Source of the DNA: an uncultured bacterium | GTDB lineage: Bacteria; Oederibacteriota; PGYV01; Palsa-1178 | Length of the DNA: 64,000 bases | NCBI GenBank assembly: GCA_937889595.1 | Contig: CALAOR010000023.1 | Span: 6,614-70,613, forward strand | Direction of reading: 5' to 3' | Shown here: one piece after another, positions 1-10,071 of the stretch | Layout: each line of letters begins with the position of its first letter | Position numbering within the stretch: position 1 is the stretch's first letter | The notes under the pieces: generated by a model | Databases searched by the model: none | What the model was told of the DNA's origin: nothing | Seen by the model: the letters and a program-made list of their open reading frames with translations, nothing else | Translations under genes and position numbers: made by a program

Positions 1-1856
1 TCTCCGAGGTTCAGCACATTATTCCCGTTCACAGGCGTGTACTGGTCCCTCGTAAGGCTTGAAAGAATTATAGTCTCATGCACCCATGTGTTTGCCGCAA
101 CCGCTATCTGGCTGCCCCTGTTTGAAAAGTCCTCGCCGTCGGCGCCGTTTATTACGCCCTCTGTAAGCTGTATAAAAAAAGTCGTGGCTGTTGTCGTGTA
201 TATGTCAAATTCCAGGGCAGTAGCCCCTGTATAATCGCCGCCCGCAGCGGGATGGTAAGGCGAATCAATTGAGAATGCCCCCCACCCGTTGTTCGTGCTT
301 GTTATCTGGGCCGAACGCAGTCCCAAATCAGGCTTGGCTGCCGTATTTGCAACAGATGTAAAACCCGACTGGCCCGTTGGCATTATAAGATTGTCCAGGT
401 TCCCTGTTTCAAAATCGTCGAACATCCCCCGTACAGGAGTCGGCGTGAAAGAAGGTGTGGGCGTAAGCACGTTCCATGTGTTAGTCGGCGTAGGCGAAGG
501 GTAATTTCCTATGGGGTTTGGCATGTTGCCGGTCAGTATAAGAAGGTACTGCATTTTTAAAATATCACAAAAGTAATCCGTGCCCCAGTCGACGCCTGTG
601 TTGGTAAGCTCCCCGGAACCTGTGCCCGCGTCCATGGTGACGAGGGTATAATAGCATTCGTTCAGCCAGTTCTGGTCGCCCTCTGCCATGGCAGCGATGG
701 CCACAGCGCCCTCGGGCCCGGGAAGGTTTTTGACATCCTCGGTGCCAAGGTCGGGCGTCCTGTCGCCCCTGTTGTATGTTGTCTCTGTCCCGTCAAGTTT
801 ATAATGCGATTTTATCTGGCTTGCGTCGCCGTTGTATTTTGTCTGGAAAAAAGTCGAGAGCCTCACATTATTATCATAGGCAAGCTGGCCGTTCAGGGTC
901 CCGTAAAGAAGATAATCATAACTTTGCCTCCATGCGTGGCGTATGGCGTCCCACCACCACGAGTTGTAATCCATGGACCACGACGAGCCGGGATCACTCG
1001 CCCCGCCTGCGTATGAGCACCAGTTCGGCTGCAATCCGGTCTTCATGCCGAGAGCTGCATTGGTTGTCTCTGGAGAATTGTAATAATAATTTACAAAAGT
1101 CTGGTACGATCTCTTTGCGATATCATACCACCTGGCGGTTCCCGTATAATCGCCGAACATCCTGTATTCATAGGGCGCGAAATACGAAGGGTTTGCGAAG
1201 CCGCCCCAGCCGTCGCCGGGTTTTACGTCGTTTGCCGCTTCAAACTCGCTGTTATTGGCTATTAACCTGCCTATGATGGTACCGGCCTCGTTATGGTAAT
1301 TGATGGTTCCGGCCGAACCCCACTGTTTGTCCGCGGCCAAAAGCGCGAATGCCGTATCCTCATCAGCGTCTGTTGCCGACCCGCCGCTGCTGCAGTAAGG
1401 TATCTGCCAGTTCATTAGTCCTGCGCCGTCAAGATGGTCCTTGTAATATGTGTACATGCCGTCAAAATATTGCTTTGTGTTATTTGTGGATGAGGACATG
1501 AAAACCATTATGACCATGCCGTAACCTATGCCTTCGCTGACCGTATCATTCTCCTGAGGCGATGTCGCAAACCCATAACAACCGTTCGCTATGCCGTTCC
1601 CTGTCTCTGTCCGCTGCAGCCTCCACTCGGCGCCGGTGCAGTTGTTCTGCGTAACGTACTTTGCCCTCCACTTGTTGAACCAGTCAAGGCATTGCTGGTT
1701 CATCTGTGCCTGGGTGAAATTATTGGGTTTTATCCCGTATGGATATGAAACTGACTGTGGAAAAGGCAGGTTGCATGTGTCGGCATATAATAATATAGAA
1801 AGGAGGCAAAGATTTATTGCCAATAGAAAAGAGAATAATTTAATATGCCTTTTCAT
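1..1856 (-). CDS. Secreted glycoside hydrolase family 8 (CelA-like endoglucanase) with Thr/Pro linker and a probable carbohydrate-binding module; runs off the window start
   Basis: Absent from the ORF track because there is no stop in the window. My translation from ATG 1856 (GGAG RBS) gives a signal peptide MKRHIKLFSFLLAINL, GH8 motifs DTVSEGIGYGM and SATDADEDTAFALL, then a PSPTPT linker and an FDDFE beta-sandwich module. Confidence 0.88.
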   Translation of the reverse strand, partial: MKRHIKLFSFLLAINLCLLSILLYADTCNLPFPQSVSYPYGIKPNNFTQAQMNQQCLDWFNKWRAKYVTQNNCTGAEWRLQRTETGNGIANGCYGFATSPQENDTVSEGIGYGMVIMVFMSSSTNNTKQYFDGMYTYYKDHLDGAGLMNWQIPYCSSGGSATDADEDTAFALLAADKQWGSAGTINYHNEAGTIIGRLIANNSEFEAANDVKPGDGWGGFANPSYFAPYEYRMFGDYTGTARWYDIAKRSYQTFVNYYYNSPETTNAALGMKTGLQPNWCSYAGGASDPGSSWSMDYNSWWWDAIRHAWRQSYDYLLYGTLNGQLAYDNNVRLSTFFQTKYNGDASQIKSHYKLDGTETTYNRGDRTPDLGTEDVKNLPGPEGAVAIAAMAEGDQNWLNECYYTLVTMDAGTGSGELTNTGVDWGTDYFCDILKMQYLLILTGNMPNPIGNYPSPTPTNTWNVLTPTPSFTPTPVRGMFDDFETGNLDNLIMPTGQSGFTSVANTAAKPDLGLRSAQITSTNNGWGAFSIDSPYHPAAGGDYTGATALEFDIYTTTATTFFIQLTEGVINGADGEDFSNRGSQIAVAANTWVHETIILSSLTRDQYTPVNGNNVLNLG

Positions 1857-2054
1857 GAGTAAGAATCTCCAGTAATATAGTTAAAACGGTTAACCTAAGC
1901 ATTATAAATATACCATATGCCTGTAGTTTTGACAATTTGTATTTGAATTTGTTTCGGGAATTTTTGTTTTAACGCTAAACAGAGCTGCTAAAACCGGTTT
2001 GAATTTTATGGGATATATGTAATATTGTACCCCTTACGGAACCAAACGACCCTT

Positions 2055-2078
2055 GTAGTGGCCGAATACGGCCACTAC
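2055..2078. repeat. GTAG-type REP palindrome
   Basis: GTAGTGGCCG-AATA-CGGCCACTAC, a perfect 10-bp inverted repeat just past the mgtA stop; same family as 6577-6684. Confidence 0.8.
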
Positions 2079-2097
2079 ATTACGTTAAAACGGATCT

Positions 2098-4707
2098 TTA
2101 AGCCTTCCCGAATTTCTTGACATACAGTTTCTGCACAAAATATACCAGGAATAAGTACGCGGCAACCATGCCCTCGAGTATGATGAAATATTTTGCGGAC
2201 GGCCTCACAAAACCAAACCAGGAAGCGATCGGCAGAAAAGGCAGAATAATACCGGTTAGTATGATCGCAATAGAGGTAAATACCAGGAAACTGCTCGGCC
2301 TGCTTTCAAAAATCGGGATCTTGGTGGTCCTTATCACGTATATTACCACGGTCTGTGTGACCAGAGATTCCACGAACCATCCCGTGTGGAACAACTCGGG
2401 CGAAGCCTTAAAAACAAATATCATCACCGCGAATGTCATAAAGTCAAATATGGAACTCACAGGGCCTATGAAAAACATATAGTTCTGTATTGATTTTACG
2501 TTCCATGGTTTCGGGGTCTGTATGTAATCTTCGTCCACGTCGTCCGTCGGGATGGCGGTCTGGGATATATCGTACAGAAAGTTATTTATAAGTATCTGTA
2601 TGGGCGTCATGGGCAAAAAAGGCAGGAAAAGCGAGGCACCTGTCATGGAAAGCATGTTCCCGAAGTTAGAACTCGACGCCATTTTTATGTACTTGGTTAT
2701 GTTCGAGAATGTCCTTCTTCCTTCTATGACCCCGTCTTCCAGCACGGACAGCTTTTTTTCAAGCAGGATTATATCGGCTGATTCTTTGGCTATATCCACC
2801 GCGTTATTGACCGATATGCCAACGTCCGAGGCCTTTAAGGCAAGCGCGTCGTTTATGCCGTCGCCTAAGAACCCCACTATGTGCTTGTTCGCGTGGAGCG
2901 CGTGTATTATGCGTTCTTTCTGCATGGGTGATAATCTCGCGAAAACATTTGTAGTCTCAACCGCCGCCTGCAATGACACGTCATCGAGTTTTTCCACGGC
3001 CTCGCCGGTCATCATGCCCTTGACATCAAGCCCGACTTCGCCGCATATTTTTTTCGTGACCAGTTCATTGTCGCCCGTGAGCACCTTAACCTGGACGCCG
3101 TAATGTTTGAGCATTTTTATGGCTTTTTCAGTGCTTGCCTTGGGCGGGTCGAGGAACGCCACGTAACCCTCAAGGATAAGCTCTGCTTCGTCGTCCTTTG
3201 TGAACCCGTCTTTTTTGTCCGCAAAGTCCCTGTAGGCCAGGGCTAAAACCCTGAACCCGTCGGCTGATAAGCGCTCATACTCCTCTTTTAGGTCGGCAAG
3301 TATGAGATACTCCATATCCAGTGTGTCGCCTTCGAGCTCATACTTTGTGCAGCGCTTGAATATCTCCTCGGGCGCCCCTTTTGATATGAGCCGTGTTTTC
3401 CCGTCCATCTCGACCACCACGGACATTATCCTGCGCGAGAAATCAAAAGGCATTTCGTCTATTTTTTTGTAGTTTGTTATGTCAAAGCCTTCCTGTTTGT
3501 TGGCATATTTTAATATGGCGCGGTCAAGGATGTTCTTCAGGCCCGTCTGGTAATAACTGTTAAGACAGGCGTATTTCAATACGTCCTTGTCCTCATTTGT
3601 CATGACATCGCAGTACTTTTCCAGCACCACCTTGTCCATGGTAAGCGTGCCTGTCTTATCCGTGCAGAGTATGTCCATGGCCCCGAAGTTCTGTATGGAA
3701 TTAAGCCGTTTTACTATGACCTTTTTTTTGGCCATTTGTATGGCGCCTTTGGAAAGGTTTATGGTGATTATCAGGGGCAGCATCTCGGGGGTTAATCCCA
3801 CGGCGACGGCAAGGGAGAAAAGGAGCGATTCGATGAGACTTTTTTTGAAAAACCAGTTTATTAAAAATATCGCTATGACCATCACGACCATGACCCTTAT
3901 CATTACCCAGGTGAACTGGGTCACCCCCTTGTCAAAACTTGTCTGTACCTGCATGGTCGCGAGCCTCTTGGAGAGTTCGCCGAACTGGGTATACAAGCCT
4001 GTTTTTACCACAACGCCTATGCCGGTCCCGCTGACGACCGATGAACCCATAAAAGCTATATTGGTCATCTCGGTTATTGAACCCGGCTTTTTGCCAAGGG
4101 GTTTCGAGGTTTTTTCAAGCGGCATTGACTCGCCGGTTAAAGTTGCCTGGTTCAAGAAAAGATCCTTGCAGGAGATTATGCGCAGGTCCGCTGGTATCAT
4201 GTCGCCCGCAAAAAGGTCGACCACATCGCCGGGCACGATCTCGCGTATGTTGATCTCCTTCGGCTTGCCGTTGCGGTAAACCGTGGTGGTTGTCTTGACC
4301 ATTTCCATGAGTTTTTCGACTTCGCGGCCCGAGCGGTATTCCTGGAAATAACCCAGGAACACGCTTAATACGATCATGCCAAGCACAAGCACGGCGCTTA
4401 TCATTTCCCCGAAAAACAGCGAGAATCCCCCTATGATAAAAAGGACTATGACAAGCGGGTTAAAGAACTTGACCAGTATCTGGGCCGCGATACCGAGCTC
4501 TTTCTTGCGCGCGGGTTCGTTATATCCGTATTCGTGAAGCCTGTCTTTTGCTTCCTTGTCAGTCAGGCCCTTGTCGGAAGTCTCGAGTTTTGTAAATATT
4601 GCGTTTGACTCGCACTCGGAACAGTCAAAATCGTATACTTGGGGTTTCGCGCTGGAAGTAAAACGCTCCTCTGCCTGCTTTGTTTTTACATTTTTTAACA
4701 CACCCAT
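2098..4707 (-). CDS. mgtA: Magnesium-translocating P-type ATPase
   Basis: TGES, PEMLP, DKTGTLT phosphorylation motif, GDGIND, SSNFGN (MgtA-type). Confidence 0.93.
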   Translation of the reverse strand: MGVLKNVKTKQAEERFTSSAKPQVYDFDCSECESNAIFTKLETSDKGLTDKEAKDRLHEYGYNEPARKKELGIAAQILVKFFNPLVIVLFIIGGFSLFFGEMISAVLVLGMIVLSVFLGYFQEYRSGREVEKLMEMVKTTTTVYRNGKPKEINIREIVPGDVVDLFAGDMIPADLRIISCKDLFLNQATLTGESMPLEKTSKPLGKKPGSITEMTNIAFMGSSVVSGTGIGVVVKTGLYTQFGELSKRLATMQVQTSFDKGVTQFTWVMIRVMVVMVIAIFLINWFFKKSLIESLLFSLAVAVGLTPEMLPLIITINLSKGAIQMAKKKVIVKRLNSIQNFGAMDILCTDKTGTLTMDKVVLEKYCDVMTNEDKDVLKYACLNSYYQTGLKNILDRAILKYANKQEGFDITNYKKIDEMPFDFSRRIMSVVVEMDGKTRLISKGAPEEIFKRCTKYELEGDTLDMEYLILADLKEEYERLSADGFRVLALAYRDFADKKDGFTKDDEAELILEGYVAFLDPPKASTEKAIKMLKHYGVQVKVLTGDNELVTKKICGEVGLDVKGMMTGEAVEKLDDVSLQAAVETTNVFARLSPMQKERIIHALHANKHIVGFLGDGINDALALKASDVGISVNNAVDIAKESADIILLEKKLSVLEDGVIEGRRTFSNITKYIKMASSSNFGNMLSMTGASLFLPFLPMTPIQILINNFLYDISQTAIPTDDVDEDYIQTPKPWNVKSIQNYMFFIGPVSSIFDFMTFAVMIFVFKASPELFHTGWFVESLVTQTVVIYVIRTTKIPIFESRPSSFLVFTSIAIILTGIILPFLPIASWFGFVRPSAKYFIILEGMVAAYLFLVYFVQKLYVKKFGKA

Positions 4708-4751
4708 AAAGACACCTCGGAAATTAGAAAATAAGATTTTGCGGCTGTTTT

Positions 4752-4816
4752 AAGGAGGATGGAGCGTTATTTTGCCGGTTGTTTGCCCGGCGAAATAATG
4801 CGGCGTCCTCTTCCTT
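4752..4816 (-). promoter_or_regulatory. Long stem-loop in the probable 5' leader of mgtA
   Basis: GCATTATTTCGCCGG pairs with CCGGCAAAATAACGC (13/15), plus an outer AAGGA..GGA/TCCTCCTT stem. A TTGTAA-N17-TAAAAT promoter-like sequence lies upstream at about 4848-4876. Confidence 0.4.
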
Positions 4817-4920
4817 TATTAAATACCGGTTCTTAATATATAAATAAATTTTACACCCTGGTTAAACATATTACAACCCTTTAATTGATAAAAATATGCC
4901 ATAGTACCGCGATTAAACCG

Positions 4921-5044
4921 CCCCGCAGCAAGTTGACTTGCCTTACATACAAGAGCCGCAACCTTTATCCGTAACGCTTTGCTTATACGGACTATAGGGT
5001 TGCGGCCTTTGTTCTAACGCAGCAAGCTTCGGAGAATTTGACCC
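4921..5044. repeat. Composite nested palindromic repeat
   Basis: CGCAGCAAG direct repeat (4924-4932, 5018-5026) flanks an insert with a GCCGCAACC/GGTTGCGGC stem and an inner TCCGTA/TACGGA stem. The outer part matches the palindrome at 45516. Confidence 0.6.
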
Positions 5045-5062
5045 GCCGTCCATACGCGCGGC

Positions 5063-6544
5063 TTATTTTACGACGGGGGCCGCCTTTTTTTCTACCAGGT
5101 TTTCCGACCTGTCCGAGACTATGCCGTATCTTGCCAGTATACCCCCGGTGGCTGTCCTGCTTTTTCCGGTCTCTAAGACCACCTTGCTTAGATCTTCAAG
5201 TTCTATTTCTATAAAATCGCCCTTAAAGTTCTCGACCTTTTTTATCAGGTCCGAAATCCCGGATATTTTTTCGCCGTTGACGGAAACTACCGGCACATTT
5301 GCAAAGTTATGATATCCCTTGTTTGTCTCATCGGCTAAAACCTGTAAAAGCAGCACTATCTGCTGTTTTTCCGGCGTAGCGTTTTCATAAAGTATGCGCT
5401 CCAATATGCCGGGCCTGCCGCGGGACGAGTCCCAGATGCTGTAAATGTAATTGATCGTAAGCGGGGTAAATACAAGGCCCCCGTAAATATAGTAGGTGGG
5501 TTTGATGTCATACTCCGTCCTCGGCAGTATGGGCACGTAGTTATCCATCACTATGTTCAGTTTCACGGGTTTTTTATCCCTTAATATATCAATTTTGACC
5601 TTGTCTCCCACGTGTTTTAAGTCCGTGATAAATGACATGTCCAGCCTGCCCCTGCTGCCATAAGGCACAGTGGCGTCATTTTCTATCTTTACGCCGTCTA
5701 TGGCAAGTATCACGTCCCCTGGTTTTATGATGTCGTAGGAACACGAGCCGAACTCAACCGCTTCGACGACCACGCCTGTCTGGTGTTTTGGCATCCCGAG
5801 TTTTTTCCTGTAAGACTCGTTTTCCAGGCTCTGCGTGTTTATGCCGAGCGTGGGGAAACCCTCGTACTTCTTGTTTTTTTTCAGGTCATTTAAAAAGTGC
5901 CTTATCATTACCGTGGGTATGGCATAACCTATGTTCTGCGCCTTATCCAGCCCCTGAAAAGCCACGCCTATTAACTTATTGTTTTTGATGACGGGCCCGC
6001 CGCTGTTTCCCGGGTTTATGGCCGCGTCTATCTGGATGGTTAAGAAACTGCGCAGGCTGTGCGAGTACTGGCCTATCTCTATCCTGGATACCACTCCTTC
6101 GGTCACGGACAGCTTATCCCCGCCGACCGGAAAACCGAACACCTTCACGGTATCGCCAGGTTCGGGAATATCGCCCAAAGACAAAGCCGCGCCCCCCCTG
6201 AAAAAATCCTTGTCGTCGACCGTAAGCAGGGCAAGGTCGCATTCATGGTCGACCGCCACTACACGCGCCACGTATTTCTGCGTCTCACCTGATTTATTGA
6301 CCTGTATGAATGTATTATTGCTGACCACGTGCGCGTTGGTGAGTATCCTGTTCCCGTCGATTATACAGCCCGACCCGCTGGAGCTCTGCTGTCCCACCAT
6401 CTGCCAGGGCTGGTAATAATCAGGGTTGTTTTCCACGGTAAATATCTTGACCATGGCCTTTTCTATGAACCCGTTATCCTGCGCGTATGCTGAAGCTGTA
6501 AAAACAAAACAAACAGATAAAACAAGAATCAAAAATTTTTTCAT
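5063..6544 (-). CDS. Exported trypsin-like serine protease with PDZ domains (HtrA/Deg2-like)
   Basis: Start re-called at MKKFLIL (GGAGG RBS, signal peptide). TNAHVV, DLALL and GNSGGP triad motifs; C-terminal YxIYGGLVF PDZ of Deg2/Deg9 type. Confidence 0.9.
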   Translation of the reverse strand: MKKFLILVLSVCFVFTASAYAQDNGFIEKAMVKIFTVENNPDYYQPWQMVGQQSSSGSGCIIDGNRILTNAHVVSNNTFIQVNKSGETQKYVARVVAVDHECDLALLTVDDKDFFRGGAALSLGDIPEPGDTVKVFGFPVGGDKLSVTEGVVSRIEIGQYSHSLRSFLTIQIDAAINPGNSGGPVIKNNKLIGVAFQGLDKAQNIGYAIPTVMIRHFLNDLKKNKKYEGFPTLGINTQSLENESYRKKLGMPKHQTGVVVEAVEFGSCSYDIIKPGDVILAIDGVKIENDATVPYGSRGRLDMSFITDLKHVGDKVKIDILRDKKPVKLNIVMDNYVPILPRTEYDIKPTYYIYGGLVFTPLTINYIYSIWDSSRGRPGILERILYENATPEKQQIVLLLQVLADETNKGYHNFANVPVVSVNGEKISGISDLIKKVENFKGDFIEIELEDLSKVVLETGKSRTATGGILARYGIVSDRSENLVEKKAAPVVK

Positions 6545-6576
6545 GCCGCCTCCTTTGTGTTTTGAGGAAGATCCAC

Positions 6577-6684
6577 GTAGTGGCCGAATACGAAGTCCGG
6601 CAACACACAAAGTGTGTTGACAGGATTATTCGGCCATACGCGGCGTGCTTTCCCGCTAGTGGCCGCATAATATGCGGCCACTAC
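6577..6684. repeat. REP doublet (REPIN-like) with a hairpin inserted in the first REP
   Basis: GTAGTGGCCGAATA..TATTCGGCCA then TGGCCGCATAATATGCGGCCACTAC; the insert carries a CAACACAC/GTGTGTTG stem. Confidence 0.75.
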
Positions 6685-6703
6685 AAAACCTTCGTCTTTG
6701 CCT

Positions 6704-6738
6704 TAATTAGTCATTTGTAATTTGTAATTAGTAATTAT
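6704..6738. repeat. Heptamer tandem repeat (TAATTWG-like)
   Basis: taattag tcatttg taatttg taattag taattat; related arrays at 47665-47691 and 53020-53038. Confidence 0.7.
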
Positions 6739-6740
6739 CT

Positions 6741-8567
6741 TTAAATCCGCCCCGCGTCCTTGTTTATGCGCGCGATTTTCGTATTTATATCCGCCTTTAA
6801 AAGCTCCTCCAGCGGTATGGGCATTACTATCGTCCAGTTTTTGTCGCCTGTGGTCCCGGGCGTATTCACGCGCAGGTCGTCGGGGTTCCATCTGTCAAAA
6901 AAATCGCCAAGCGACATCCAATCCTGCAGCAACTGTATGGAAAATACCGATCTTGTGGAGTTTATCACGCCCAGCGCGGCCGACACAAACTCCTTTGTCG
7001 GTTCCCCGGAATACGGGCCTTCCATACCTATCGCGTTCCAGAACTTCTGCTTTTCATCATAACTTTCCCTGTGCATGTCGTAGAACATCCATGCTTCCTG
7101 CCTGGATTTGTTGAGCCTTTTCAGGACTTCGTCCGCCGTATTTACTTCCTCTTTCCAGCGGAGCCTCAGCTTGTTTGAACGCGGCATGTCAAAAAGCATT
7201 GCCTGCACGTGCTGCAGGTCATAATCGTTTTCAGCGCATATTTTCTCCACGAGCACGGCATCCACGGTCGAGGCTTCGCCGACCCACCATAAAACCAGCG
7301 GCGACATGTCATGGCTCGATATTATTGATATGGAATTTTCCCTGTACCTGTCCGGGGCCTTAAAATCATATGTGGTGCCCCAGTCGCGCGTCCATCTCTG
7401 CACATCCATGCCTGGTATGCCGAATTCTTTCAGTGTCTCATAGGAACAAGCCGGCACCACACCCAGGTCCTCGGCGCATGGCAGCATGTCTGTATTATCA
7501 GTCATGGCTTTCAGGATCTTTTGCCCGTGTTCTTTCCATGTATCCGTGTTTTCAGGGTCAAAGTATCCTTTTAACCCGAACGTATCCACGGGTTCATCGA
7601 GTTTAATCGTCCATAACCTGAACAACCCCACAAAATGGTCTATACGGAACATGTCGTAAAAGTTCTGCGCATACTTTACTTTTTCATTAAGGTAATCATA
7701 TCCCGCGCCCTCTATCCTGTCCCAGTTATAAGTGGGCATGCCCCAGCGCTGTCCCTTGGCAAAGTACATGTCAGGCGGCGCGCCGGAAGAAACATCGAGC
7801 TTGAAATATTTCTGGCTGCTCCATACGTCGGCCGAATCGCGGGCGACCAGGAAAGGAAGGTCGCCCTGTATGAAAACACCTTTTGTGCCCGCGTATTTCT
7901 TAACATCAACAAACTGCAGGAATATCTGCCACTGCATCCACTTGTGGAAATTCACCTGAGAGTCATTGGCTGCGGTAAATTCGCTTATGGCCCCGGCTTC
8001 CTTGAATTTATACTTTTCATCCCAGTCTTCCCATGATTCCTGGCCGTATTTATCCTTAAGCACTTTATAAACGGCGTAATCGTCAAGCCAGAACTTATTC
8101 TTCTTTTTGAAAGCTTCAAATTCCGTGTCATCCACATCAAGGCAGTCGAACATTTCCCATAAAACCTTAAGTTTCGATTTTTTGATCCTGTAATCGACCC
8201 TCTTTGAGCCTGCCCCGCATTTTGCTTTTATGGAGTTTATGCCGTGTTCATGGTCGGAAATGCACGAACCCTTGATATCCGAAAGCCTGAGGTACATGGG
8301 CTCCAGGGCAAATGTGGACTGGCAGGAATAAGGCGCAAAATCAAATCCTACATCGTTTAACGGGAGCAGCTGTATGATGGACATGCCGCACTTTACGCAC
8401 CAGTCAGCCAGGAGTTTTAAGTCCGGGAACTCCCCGATGCCGGAGCTGCGTGTCGAATAAATTGAAAAAAGCGGCGCAAGCACACCCGACCGCCGCACAG
8501 CGCCGAATTTTTTCCACTGTTCGGCGGTTTTGGAAGTCAAAAAATAATCATATGTGTTTTCTGCCAA
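6741..8567 (-). CDS. malQ: 4-alpha-glucanotransferase (GH77)
   Basis: QLLPLND, GDLPF, GAPPD..GQRWG, FRIDH, AEDLG, SHD motifs; TTG start. Confidence 0.92.
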   Translation of the reverse strand: MAENTYDYFLTSKTAEQWKKFGAVRRSGVLAPLFSIYSTRSSGIGEFPDLKLLADWCVKCGMSIIQLLPLNDVGFDFAPYSCQSTFALEPMYLRLSDIKGSCISDHEHGINSIKAKCGAGSKRVDYRIKKSKLKVLWEMFDCLDVDDTEFEAFKKKNKFWLDDYAVYKVLKDKYGQESWEDWDEKYKFKEAGAISEFTAANDSQVNFHKWMQWQIFLQFVDVKKYAGTKGVFIQGDLPFLVARDSADVWSSQKYFKLDVSSGAPPDMYFAKGQRWGMPTYNWDRIEGAGYDYLNEKVKYAQNFYDMFRIDHFVGLFRLWTIKLDEPVDTFGLKGYFDPENTDTWKEHGQKILKAMTDNTDMLPCAEDLGVVPACSYETLKEFGIPGMDVQRWTRDWGTTYDFKAPDRYRENSISIISSHDMSPLVLWWVGEASTVDAVLVEKICAENDYDLQHVQAMLFDMPRSNKLRLRWKEEVNTADEVLKRLNKSRQEAWMFYDMHRESYDEKQKFWNAIGMEGPYSGEPTKEFVSAALGVINSTRSVFSIQLLQDWMSLGDFFDRWNPDDLRVNTPGTTGDKNWTIVMPIPLEELLKADINTKIARINKDAGRI

Positions 8568-8768
8568 AATAAATACCTCTTTTCGTTTAAATGTTATGGA
8601 TTTTAACAGTTATGATTATACAGGATAATCGGTGTTTTAGGAAATAAAACAATTGGAATTTTTTTATTTGCCGGCATTAAAACGCTTGTCCGGCGGCCGA
8701 CCTTGCAGGAACAAACAGGAGTTTTGCTCCTGTCCGCAGGAATCAGTCTGGAACATTTTTTCTTGATT

Positions 8769-8791
8769 AAACCCTACTAATATGGTAGTAT
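8769..8791. promoter_or_regulatory. Imperfect palindromic operator in the icd promoter region
   Basis: AACCCTACTAATATGGTAGTATT; resembles sites upstream of gltA and the Rrf2 gene. Confidence 0.45.
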
Positions 8792-8822
8792 TATAAGGCA
8801 ATCAAACTATTGGAGGTGTCAC

Positions 8823-10028
8823 ATGTCGGATAAAATCACGGTAAACGACAAAGGAGTCTTAACGGTACCTGTCAACCCGGTCATTTGTTTCATAGAAGGC
8901 GACGGCATAGGGCCCGATATATGGGCCGCGTCGCGGACCGTGTTTGACGGCGCAGTACACACAGCCTACAGGGGCACAAGACAGATAGCGTGGAAGGAAA
9001 TATTTGCGGGCGAAAAGGCAAAAACAAAGACCGGCAATTACCTTCCGGACGAAACGCTTGAGGCCATAAAGGAATATATAGTCGCCATAAAGGGCCCGCT
9101 TACCACCCCCATCGGCGGCGGTATGAGGAGCTTAAATGTAACCCTGCGCCAGAAACTCGACCTTTACGCCTGCGTCAGGCCGGTCAGGTATTTTAGCGGT
9201 GTTCCCTCCCCTGTAAAGAGCCCGGAAAAACTCGACATAATAATATTCAGGGAAAACACGGAGGATGTGTATTCGGGCATAGAGTGGGAAGCCAACTCCC
9301 TTGAAGCGAAAAAATTGATCTCCTTTATCAATGATAATTTCAGCAAAACCATACCACTTGAAAGCGGCATAGGCATAAAGCCCATGAGCGAATTCGGTTC
9401 AAGGCGCCTTATGAAAATGGCGGTTGAATATGCGGTAAAACACGGCAAAAAATCCATAACCATAGTCCACAAAGGCAACATAATGAAATTCACGGAAGGC
9501 GCATTCGCAAAATGGTGTTATAAGGAAGCCGGGGAGAATTTCAAGGATATCACAATAAAAGAATCCGACATAAAGGGCCCTAAAGATTCGGAAGGCAAAA
9601 TAATAATAAAAGACAGGATAGCGGACGCCATGTTCCAGCAGCTGCTGCTCCGGCCCGATGAATATGAAGTTATCGTCACGCCAAACTTAAACGGCGATTA
9701 CCTCTCAGACGCGGCCGCAGCGCAGGTAGGCGGCTTGGGGTTGGCCCCGGGCGCGAACATAGGCAAATACGCGGTATTCGAAGCCACCCACGGCACGGCA
9801 CCGAAATACGCGGGATTGGACAAGGTAAACCCGGGTTCGGTCATGCTGTCAGGGGTAATGATGCTGGAGCACCTGGGATGGGACGAAGCCGCGAAACTAA
9901 TAATAAAAGGTATAGAAAAAACCATAGACCAGAAATACGTCACATATGACCTGGAGCGCCAGATGAAGGGCGCGACGCTGGCAAAGTGCTCGGAGTTCGG
10001 GAAGCGGATAGTCGAGAACATGAAGTAA
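8823..10028 (+). CDS. icd: Isocitrate dehydrogenase (NADP-dependent type)
   Basis: [57 protein letters not shown]; GGAGG RBS. Confidence 0.96.
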   Translation: MSDKITVNDKGVLTVPVNPVICFIEGDGIGPDIWAASRTVFDGAVHTAYRGTRQIAWKEIFAGEKAKTKTGNYLPDETLEAIKEYIVAIKGPLTTPIGGGMRSLNVTLRQKLDLYACVRPVRYFSGVPSPVKSPEKLDIIIFRENTEDVYSGIEWEANSLEAKKLISFINDNFSKTIPLESGIGIKPMSEFGSRRLMKMAVEYAVKHGKKSITIVHKGNIMKFTEGAFAKWCYKEAGENFKDITIKESDIKGPKDSEGKIIIKDRIADAMFQQLLLRPDEYEVIVTPNLNGDYLSDAAAAQVGGLGLAPGANIGKYAVFEATHGTAPKYAGLDKVNPGSVMLSGVMMLEHLGWDEAAKLIIKGIEKTIDQKYVTYDLERQMKGATLAKCSEFGKRIVENMK

Positions 10029-10071
10029 CAGTATCACGGATAACAGGGTGTACAAGCTGTGTGCGGAAAAG

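Noticed and set aside
37-1875. Plus-strand ORFs in the track
   Set aside because: Antisense shadows of the GH8 gene. The same applies to the other plus-strand ORFs except icd.
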